IMG/VR virus record: IMGVR_UViG_3300037762_000045
Location: 1 to 30,743 of that record
Direction: 5' to 3' (one strand)
DNA length: 30,743 bases
From: a virus
Lineage: Duplodnaviria; Caudoviricetes
The notes below the pieces were generated by a model that saw nothing but the letters and a program-made list of their open reading frames with translations, was not told the origin of the DNA and ran no database searches. The position numbers were made by a program, and so were the translations under genes. This document shows, one piece after another, positions 24,844 through 30,743 of the stretch (position 1 is its first letter; the number at the start of each line of letters is the position of its first letter).

Positions 24844-26175
24844 ATGAGCATCGTATTCGACGGCGCCACCGACAGCGCCGAACACACCGCCGTCCCCTCC
24901 GGTTCGTGGACGATTGCGGGATGGATCAGGGTGGACGCCAATTCCGGCCACGCCTCGGACGGCGTGTTCGGGTTTGGTGCCGCCGGCTTCACGAACGCGA
25001 CCGTATTGGGGTACCGCGAGTCCGAGGGCGCGTTCAAGATTTTCCACGCGAACGCCTGGGACGGGCCACCTGATGACCTGGTAGCTCAGACTACGGGCAC
25101 GTTCCAGTGGTTCTTCATCAAGTGGGACGAGTCGGCCGGCGAGATTACGATCGGCTACCTGGACGACGGAGACATCGCGATCCAGGACACGATTGTGTGG
25201 TCGGGCGCGAGCGCCGCGACGTGGACCGACCTACTGATCGGATGCATGCGGAACGATTCGACCGACGAGTCGATCGAGGCCACGTTCTACAACACGCTCG
25301 TGTGGGACTCGGTCATCACGGACGCCAACCTCCTAACCCAGCGACTCTACAACAACAGCCAGTTCGGCACGCCGTGGGCGCACTACAAGTACGCGACCGG
25401 CGCGCTCGACATTGACGCCAGTGGTAACTCGCGCACGCTGACGATCAACGGCAACCCGACGTTCAGCGCGGACGCGCCGACGGCGATCCTGGGCGATGAT
25501 CCGGCCGGCGAAGAGGAATCCGTAGCAGACGGTATCCTGCTCGGTGATTCGGTCACGGTACTGGCGATGGGCGTACGTCAGGTCACGGACGGGCTCAGCC
25601 TCGGCGACGCGGTCGCGAACGTGGCGCACGGCAACCGCTCGGCAACCGACGGGCTGGCGCTCGGCGAGTCCGTGTCGGCGGTCGGACATTTCGTGCGCTC
25701 GGCGAGCGACGGCATAACGCTCGGCGAGGACATCGACACCACGCTCACGATCGACACGGGACCGGACGGCATCCTGCTCGGTGACTCGGCCGTGGGCGTC
25801 ACCGAGGGCGCGCGCGAGGTCACGGACGGGATAACGCTCGGCGACTCGGGCACCTCGCTCCTGCACGCGGTCGAGGCGCTCACCGACGGGCTGCTGCTGG
25901 GGGACGCGGCAGCGGCGCTTCTGGAGGCTGCACGCTCGGTGGCCGACGGCATCCGCCTCGGCGACGGCGTGGTGTTCACGGGCGCCTTCCCGCGCAGCCT
26001 AGCCGACGGGATCCTGCTCGGTGACGTCGCGGACAACGGCAACAACTTCGTGCGCGTGGCGTCGGGTGGCATCGTACTCGGCGATTCCGTTTTGGCCGGC
26101 CCAGGGTTCCTGCCGATCCCCAAGTACACCTTCGGCCCGATCACCATGCACCGCATCCTCGGACCCCAGGACTAG
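24844..26175 (+). CDS. Fibre-like protein: LamG/ConA-like domain plus ten ~20-aa repeats
   Basis: FDGATD, WTIAGWI, LLIG, VWDS.IT, DASGNSRTLT, then repeated [AT]DG[IL]xLG[DE]. Confidence 0.75.
   Translation: MSIVFDGATDSAEHTAVPSGSWTIAGWIRVDANSGHASDGVFGFGAAGFTNATVLGYRESEGAFKIFHANAWDGPPDDLVAQTTGTFQWFFIKWDESAGEITIGYLDDGDIAIQDTIVWSGASAATWTDLLIGCMRNDSTDESIEATFYNTLVWDSVITDANLLTQRLYNNSQFGTPWAHYKYATGALDIDASGNSRTLTINGNPTFSADAPTAILGDDPAGEEESVADGILLGDSVTVLAMGVRQVTDGLSLGDAVANVAHGNRSATDGLALGESVSAVGHFVRSASDGITLGEDIDTTLTIDTGPDGILLGDSAVGVTEGAREVTDGITLGDSGTSLLHAVEALTDGLLLGDAAAALLEAARSVADGIRLGDGVVFTGAFPRSLADGILLGDVADNGNNFVRVASGGIVLGDSVLAGPGFLPIPKYTFGPITMHRILGPQD
25516..26100 (+). repeat. Ten degenerate ~60-bp coding repeats (xDG[IL]xLG[DE]x)
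   Basis: ADGILLGDS, TDGLSLGDA, TDGLALGES, SDGITLGED, PDGILLGDS, TDGITLGDS, TDGLLLGDA, ADGIRLGDG, ADGILLGDV, SGGIVLGDS. Confidence 0.9.
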
Positions 26176-26185
26176 GAGCACCACG

Positions 26186-26551
26186 ATGGCAGTTAGGCTA
26201 GTCTGGCTGATGTCCGGCGGCGAGACGCTCCCGCTCGCTCAGAGCCTCCGTGGCGACATGGAGACGGACGACACGCTCACGGGCGAGACCCCGGTGGTCG
26301 AAGTCCATCAGAAGCAGGGCGGCTCCTACTCGGACGTGACGGCGAGCAAGAACTTCACGGTCGCGAGCGTGGCCGTGAACACCGCGGAGTTGACGGACCA
26401 CAAGGGCAATCCGGTTGCCATCGGGGACGGCGTGCAATTCAAGTTGACCGCCGGTGACGTCGGCACGTACAAGGTCCGCATCGAGTGTCCGTCCTCGGAT
26501 GGCCACCGGCCCGTCGCGGAAGTGGACCTGATCGTCGGGGACACCGTGTAG
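26186..26551 (+). CDS. Putative fibre adaptor / Ig-like virion protein
   Basis: AGGAG RBS, 121 aa; VQFKLTAGDVGTYKVRIEC..SDG pattern directly after the fibre gene. Confidence 0.6.
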   Translation: MAVRLVWLMSGGETLPLAQSLRGDMETDDTLTGETPVVEVHQKQGGSYSDVTASKNFTVASVAVNTAELTDHKGNPVAIGDGVQFKLTAGDVGTYKVRIECPSSDGHRPVAEVDLIVGDTV

Positions 26552-26561
26552 GCCAGGATGC

Positions 26562-26591
26562 TTGACCCCTCAGCAGCCGCTCCCCTACTCT
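26562..26591 (+). promoter_or_regulatory. Sigma70-like promoter
   Basis: TTGACC, 18-nt spacer, TACTCT, just after the end of the late operon. Confidence 0.5.
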
Positions 26592-26710
26592 GGAAGGGCC
26601 ACGTTCGATCGTCCCCCAGCAGTGCCCCCTCCAGGCCCTCCCACGAAGAAGGCTCCCCCGGAAGCGGTGCCGCGCCAAGCTCCCCGCCCGCTACGGGGAA
26701 GGAGGCCAGT

Positions 26711-26986
26711 GTGCCCGAGCCGCGAATCGCCGCCCGCTACGTTATCGACCGATGTACGCCGCCTGAGATCAGGGAGGAGCTGGCTAGGAGGCTGGGTGCG
26801 CGCGAGGGCGACGTTGTCGTGCGGTTCGAGGACGGGACGGTCGGGTTCGCTCGACACTTCGACGGCGGAGACGCGGCGAAGCTCACCCGTCTCCTCTGGC
26901 CCGCCTCGGACGACGACGCTCGGCTTCCTTCGCGACTTCCTTCAGGGCGACGCCGTGGTGTCCGCCATCTGAAGGTGGAGAAGTAG
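26711..26986 (+). CDS. Hypothetical 91-aa protein
   Basis: AAGGAGG RBS then GTG; MPEPRIAARYVIDRCTPPEIREELARRLG... Converges on and overlaps the repressor-like gene. Confidence 0.55.
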   Translation: MPEPRIAARYVIDRCTPPEIREELARRLGAREGDVVVRFEDGTVGFARHFDGGDAAKLTRLLWPASDDDARLPSRLPSGRRRGVRHLKVEK

Positions 26987-27296
26987 CGAGGGCGCGGTAG
27001 CGGTCGGCCATCTCCTGAGCGTCCTTCGCCGCCTGTAGGTACGCCTCCCGGCGGGCTCGCCCCACCGGACCCTCGGCCGCCAGTTCTTTGGTAGCGCGCA
27101 CCAGCGCCCTCTGGTCCTTCGGCTTGAGCTTCGGCTCCTCCCCTTCGTCGTACTCCGTCTGCCGGCGGCTGAACCACGTCTGGTCCCTGCCCACCCGCTT
27201 GCCGCTGATGGCTTGGTTTTCGTCCGGGATCACCGCCACGTAGGCGCTCCAGAGCTCACGATTTGTGGCCCCTTGCACGTCGCTATTGACTTGCAT
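26883..27296 (-). CDS. Putative HTH immunity repressor (CI-like position)
   Basis: HTH-like NQAISGKRVGRDQTWFSRRQ; divergent from the Cro/Xis-like gene across a short AT-richer gap. Start is uncertain (27296 or 27278). Confidence 0.55.
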   Translation of the reverse strand: MQVNSDVQGATNRELWSAYVAVIPDENQAISGKRVGRDQTWFSRRQTEYDEGEEPKLKPKDQRALVRATKELAAEGPVGRARREAYLQAAKDAQEMADRYRALATSPPSDGGHHGVALKEVAKEAERRRPRRARGDG

Positions 27297-27314
27297 AGAG
27301 TGAGAATGCAGAAT
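27286..27314 (+). promoter_or_regulatory. Rightward early promoter (PR-like)
   Basis: TTGACT, 17-nt spacer, CAGAAT, upstream of the AGGAG RBS and 27355. Confidence 0.6.
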
Positions 27315-27354
27315 ATGCGGACACGAAGGCATGCATTAACAGGAGTGAAAAGAC

Positions 27355-27579
27355 ATGAGCGAAGGGGCGCACGCAACCATCGAGCCCTGGCTCACGGCCG
27401 AGGAGGCTGCACTGCACCTGCGCATCGCGGTCGGCACGCTCTACAACAAGCTCGCTGCCGGGGAGAAAATCCCGCACCGGAAGCTTGGCCGCTCCCTCCG
27501 GTTCCGGCGCTCCGAGTTGGACGCCTGGATCGAGGCACAGAACCAGCCCGAGCCCGTGACGGTCGAGGGGGAGGGCTGA
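27355..27579 (+). CDS. Excisionase/Cro-like HTH protein (HTH_17/AlpA-like)
   Basis: WLTAEEAALHLRIAVGTLYN...IPHRKLGRSLRFRRSELDAWI. Confidence 0.9.
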   Translation: MSEGAHATIEPWLTAEEAALHLRIAVGTLYNKLAAGEKIPHRKLGRSLRFRRSELDAWIEAQNQPEPVTVEGEG

Positions 27580-27884
27580 TGCCGCACACCTGCGATGAGT
27601 GCGGTCGTGACGGCTGGCTCCATCGGCACCATGAGCACCACGGCCCCGACGTGATCCTCATGCTCTGTCCGGCCTGCCACATGGACTTGCACCGGATCCG
27701 CCGGCACCCCGGCAGCATCCGGTTCGAGGCCACGCGGGGGCTGACGGAGCGCGAGTATCGGGCAGTGATCACCCTCGCCCTGATCGACGGCGTGGACGAG
27801 TTCACGATCCAGCACCGGCACCCGCTCACCAAGATCGTTGAGACGGTTGCGGCCTTGCGTGCCGCGGCGGGATACGCCGCGTGA
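27579..27884 (+). CDS. Small HNH-like zinc-binding protein
   Basis: CDECG...LHRHH...LMLCPACHMDLH; start at the TGATG overlap. Confidence 0.6.
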   Translation: MPHTCDECGRDGWLHRHHEHHGPDVILMLCPACHMDLHRIRRHPGSIRFEATRGLTEREYRAVITLALIDGVDEFTIQHRHPLTKIVETVAALRAAAGYAA

Positions 27885-28738
27885 GCACCGCCCTCACCAA
27901 GAACGAGAGCCTCGCGTACGGCGACCTGAAGCTGGTCATCCGCGACGGCGCCGAGACGTTCATGCGCGTCGGTGCTGCGCTCACGCAGGTCCGCGACAAG
28001 CGCCTGTACCGCGAGGAGTACGGCACCTTCGAGGAGTTCTGCCAGGCCGAGTACGGGTGGACCCGGCAGCGTGCGGCACAGCTCATCGGGGCCTCCGAAG
28101 TAGTCGAGTCGTTGTCAACAACTGTTGACACTCTGCCGACGAACGAGGCGCAGGCGCGCGAGTTGGCGCCGGTCCCCGCCGAGAAACGCGCCGAAGTGTG
28201 GGAGAAGGCGGTCGAGTCCGCGCCCAAGGGGAAGAAGCCCACCGCGAAGGACGTGCGCCGCGCTGCCGCACCGCACAAGCCGAAGCGGAGCGAGACGGCA
28301 ACCCCGCTCGCCTTCCGTTCGTGGGCGCAGAGCCGCGCGATCGAGGCGCGGGAGATCATTGCCTCGTTGCCCGCCTCTGACCGCCAGCGTGCGGTTGACC
28401 TTGTGGAGCAGCCCGGCATCCCCGACCGCCTCGGCCTCAAGATGCTCAAGAACGTCGCGGAGGCCGACGCGGAGGAACGCGAGCGGCTCCTGACTCTACA
28501 CGACAGCGATGACCCGAGGGACCAGGCGCTCGCCAAGACCGAGGCCGTGGGCCAGCCGCCGAACGGCGACCCGCGCTGCACGATCCTGGACGAGGCTCGG
28601 GTCGTCACGCGCCGCGCGCTCAAGCTCTGCGACCGCGACTCGGGCGGCTCTTTCCGCGAGCGCATCGAGAAGGTCGTCGCGGACCTGCACACGCTCAGCG
28701 AGGACATCCACGCAGCAACCAGGAGCGGCGCAGCATGA
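27881..28738 (+). CDS. Phage DNA-binding protein (DUF3102-like N-terminus)
   Basis: VGAALTQVRDKRLYREEYGTFEEFC..EYGWTRQRA.QLI.A.EV, PTNEAQARELA, EVWEKAVE, PTAKDV. Confidence 0.7.
   Translation: MSTALTKNESLAYGDLKLVIRDGAETFMRVGAALTQVRDKRLYREEYGTFEEFCQAEYGWTRQRAAQLIGASEVVESLSTTVDTLPTNEAQARELAPVPAEKRAEVWEKAVESAPKGKKPTAKDVRRAAAPHKPKRSETATPLAFRSWAQSRAIEAREIIASLPASDRQRAVDLVEQPGIPDRLGLKMLKNVAEADAEERERLLTLHDSDDPRDQALAKTEAVGQPPNGDPRCTILDEARVVTRRALKLCDRDSGGSFRERIEKVVADLHTLSEDIHAATRSGAA
28113..28130. repeat. Perfect inverted repeat TGTCAACA-AC-TGTTGACA inside CDS
   Basis: Directly visible as an AT-rich island in a GC-rich gene. Confidence 0.85.
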
Positions 28739-29157
28739 GCACCTACCGTGACGGCATCCTCGACCTGTTCCGGGGTGGCGACGGGCCGGTATCGACCCGC
28801 ATGCTCGCGCACCGCTGCCTTGACGCAGGCGTGTTCGATCAGGAGTGGCAAGAGAGTGCGGTCATCCGCGCGGCCCAAGAGGAGTGCCGCGGCGTCCTCA
28901 AGGGTTGTGACATCCACGGCCTCCCGATCGCGGGCAAGACAGCCGAGACGGACGACACCGGCGCGCCCCTGTGGGTCCAGCGCGAGTTGTGGGACTACGA
29001 CACCTACGCTCTGAACATCGGCGAGTACGCGAACCAGCGGGACCGCAATCACGAGAAGGCGCTTCTACTGCGGAACGAGTGCCGCCGGAAGTTCGGCCGG
29101 GCTCCCGCCGTCTCGGGACTAGACGGAGCGGGCGGCATCGAAGGGGCGGCCGACTGA
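28735..29157 (+). CDS. Hypothetical protein
   Basis: AGGAG RBS, ATGA overlap, 140 aa. Confidence 0.75.
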   Translation: MSTYRDGILDLFRGGDGPVSTRMLAHRCLDAGVFDQEWQESAVIRAAQEECRGVLKGCDIHGLPIAGKTAETDDTGAPLWVQRELWDYDTYALNIGEYANQRDRNHEKALLLRNECRRKFGRAPAVSGLDGAGGIEGAAD

Positions 29158-29390
29158 TGACCTCCGACGCACTCCACGCCCACACCCGCGCAGGGGCCAA
29201 GGCCGAGGCACGCAAGCTCTGGACGATGGCTCTGGATGACGAGCGCAGACGACTCGCGGACCGCAGGCGCGTGGACCGTGGCGAGGAGCCGAGACGAAAG
29301 ACGCACATCGTCGTCATCCCGCCTGCTGACTGTGAGCCGGGAGGCGAGTACGAGGACTTGGTGGACGAGCCTGAGACGGAGGAGGAGTGA
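29157..29390 (+). CDS. Hypothetical protein (77 aa)
   Basis: TGATG overlap; MTSDALHAHTRAGAKAEARKLW... with an acidic tail. Confidence 0.6.
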   Translation: MTSDALHAHTRAGAKAEARKLWTMALDDERRRLADRRRVDRGEEPRRKTHIVVIPPADCEPGGEYEDLVDEPETEEE

Positions 29391-29391
29391 G

Positions 29392-29601
29392 ATGGAAAGC
29401 ATGGTGGACCACGCGGACCGCTCATCGCGCTACCGCTTCGACCACGACAACACGTACTCGGACGGCATGTCCGGCAACGTGACCATCGTGGACAGCGAGA
29501 CGGGCCGCTCGGAGAGCCAGTACTGGACCGTGTATTCCGTCATTTCGTCGCAGCACGCGGCGAGAGAGGAAGCGATTCGGAAGCTGGAAGCGAGCGAGTA
29601 G
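29392..29601 (+). CDS. Hypothetical protein (69 aa)
   Basis: GGAGGAG RBS; MESMVDHADRSSRYRFDHD... Confidence 0.6.
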   Translation: MESMVDHADRSSRYRFDHDNTYSDGMSGNVTIVDSETGRSESQYWTVYSVISSQHAAREEAIRKLEASE

Positions 29602-29605
29602 GGTC

Positions 29606-30157
29606 ATGACTGGAAGTGATAGCGGACACGTTGCGGGAATGCACGCACAAACCACCCGGAGGTGTGCAAGCATGGACCCTTACCTAGAGGACCACTTGGC
29701 GGTCATGGCTGCCGCTTCCAACACCGACAGCGAGCGCAGCGACAAGCGCGCCGCCTACGCGCACGGTAAGGACCGGAGCACCGTCAACCGCTGGCGCAAT
29801 CTCGGCAAGGGAAGCCCCGTACACGCCTGCATTCAGTACGTGCAGAGGTGCGCGGACCCGATGAGGGTGGCCGCGACCATCCTGAGTGCTGCCCGGATGA
29901 CGAGACTTGGTGGCAAGAGCACGGGCGAGCTGATCGAGCTTTACTGGCAGTGCCGTGCCGCTGAGTCGCAGCGCGAGCACGAGGACCGCGCGCTCGACTC
30001 ACGCCGGCCCGACGAATGGGACTGGAGCGAGAACGCCGCCGCATCCGAGAGGGACGCCGCGACCGACACGCTGAAAGCTTCCATCGAGCGCATCTTCGCC
30101 GCCCGTCGTGTGAGCGCTGAGCAGGTCTGGCGTGTCGGGCCGGGGGAGCGGACGTGA
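29606..30157 (+). CDS. HTH-containing regulatory protein (CII-like position)
   Basis: SDKRAAYAHGKDRSTVNRWR is HTH-like. True start may be 29672, after GGAGG. Confidence 0.55.
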   Translation: MTGSDSGHVAGMHAQTTRRCASMDPYLEDHLAVMAAASNTDSERSDKRAAYAHGKDRSTVNRWRNLGKGSPVHACIQYVQRCADPMRVAATILSAARMTRLGGKSTGELIELYWQCRAAESQREHEDRALDSRRPDEWDWSENAAASERDAATDTLKASIERIFAARRVSAEQVWRVGPGERT

Positions 30158-30471
30158 GCGCGACCGAGAAGTGGGTACTCGACCCACCCGAGGAGGATCA
30201 TGTCGCGTTCGACGGCTACCACGTCATCCACGCCGGCGAGGACCGCATCGCTGGATTCGTGCCGGATGATGTAGCCCGCCTGATAGCCGCCGCCCCCGCC
30301 CTGTACGAGGCGCTGACGGCGATGCTGGCTGACGTGCAGGACGAGCACGAAGCCCATGAAGCTGAGGACGAAGGCTTCATCGTGGCAGCCCACGTCCCCT
30401 ACGGCGATGTCCTCCGTGCCCGCGCTGCCCTGTCTGCCGCCAGGCCCGCACCCACGGAGGACGAGACGTGA
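30154..30471 (+). CDS. Hypothetical phage protein
   Basis: ARLIAAAPALYEAL motif common in small phage early proteins; GTGA overlap. Confidence 0.75.
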   Translation: MSATEKWVLDPPEEDHVAFDGYHVIHAGEDRIAGFVPDDVARLIAAAPALYEALTAMLADVQDEHEAHEAEDEGFIVAAHVPYGDVLRARAALSAARPAPTEDET

Positions 30472-30650
30472 GCGCAAACAAGTGGCGCATCTACGACAAG
30501 GGCGTGGGAATGGTCGCGATGCACGCGCCCACAGAGGACGGCATCCGCTACGCATGGGACGTGCTCCCCGACAACATCCGCGACGGCATGGTCCTGCTCG
30601 AGCCGGGAGAGCCTGAGCCCGCACCCACGACAGCCACGGAGGAGAGATGA
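30468..30650 (+). CDS. Hypothetical protein (60 aa)
   Basis: GGAGGA RBS; GTGA and ATGA overlaps on both sides. Confidence 0.6.
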   Translation: MSANKWRIYDKGVGMVAMHAPTEDGIRYAWDVLPDNIRDGMVLLEPGEPEPAPTTATEER

Positions 30651-30743
30651 GCCGCCGAACCTGCTACTGGCGCAAGCGTCTCCGGCAGTGCGGAGGCAAC
30701 GCCGACCGTCTACGGGGGATGATGCCGGCCGCCCTCGTCACGG
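30647..30743 (+). CDS. Partial CDS running off window end
   Basis: GGAGGAG RBS, ATGA overlap, MSRRTCYWRKRLRQCGG... open to the end. Confidence 0.4.
   Translation, partial: MSRRTCYWRKRLRQCGGNADRLRGMMPAALVT

Larger units (their letters stand above)
1..30743 (+). mobile_element. Siphovirus-type, probably temperate phage/prophage segment
   Basis: Complete head-tail-lysis gene order plus a divergent repressor/Cro-like switch; no host housekeeping genes or att sites seen. Confidence 0.95.

Noticed and set aside
25516-26100. Possible CRISPR array or DGR template/variable repeat
   Set aside because: Repeats are in-frame, degenerate at synonymous positions and not adenine-specific; no cas or reverse transcriptase gene is in the window.
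27355-27579. Evidence for an integration module
   Set aside because: The HTH_17 fold alone does not show excisionase function. Its position fits Cro, and no integrase or att repeat is visible.
27826-29052. 408-aa minus-strand ORF
   Set aside because: Antisense to coupled plus-strand genes that have RBSs and recognisable motifs; Ser/Arg-rich and motif-free.

Overview
High-GC tailed-phage (or prophage) DNA with a siphovirus layout of the HK97/lambda type, read mostly on the + strand. Order: terminase small and large subunits, portal, S49 prohead protease, major capsid, three small putative head-accessory proteins, head-tail joining genes, two paralogous tail-tube-like genes, a displaced HK97-gp10 gene, a tail chaperone with a -1 frameshift, tape measure, Dit-like and tail-tip proteins (1-17960). 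Next come an inverted, separately promoted unit with a structured RNA leader and a small lipoprotein (17969-18636) and an expanded lysis region (18654-21781). That region contains a small protein ending in CPPDCP coupled to a polytopic membrane protein, plus a DUF5675-type candidate endolysin. A second fibre/glycan module follows (21786-26551: sulfotransferase, exported lyase-like protein, LamG + repeat fibre), then a divergent repressor/Cro-like switch with early genes (26711-30743). No integrase, tRNA, rRNA, CRISPR array or reverse transcriptase was seen. The strongest novelty candidates are the CPPxC protein/membrane receptor-like pair inside the lysis cassette and the antisense/kissing-loop attenuator upstream of the lipoprotein. 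All family assignments come from motif recognition by eye, not from database searches.
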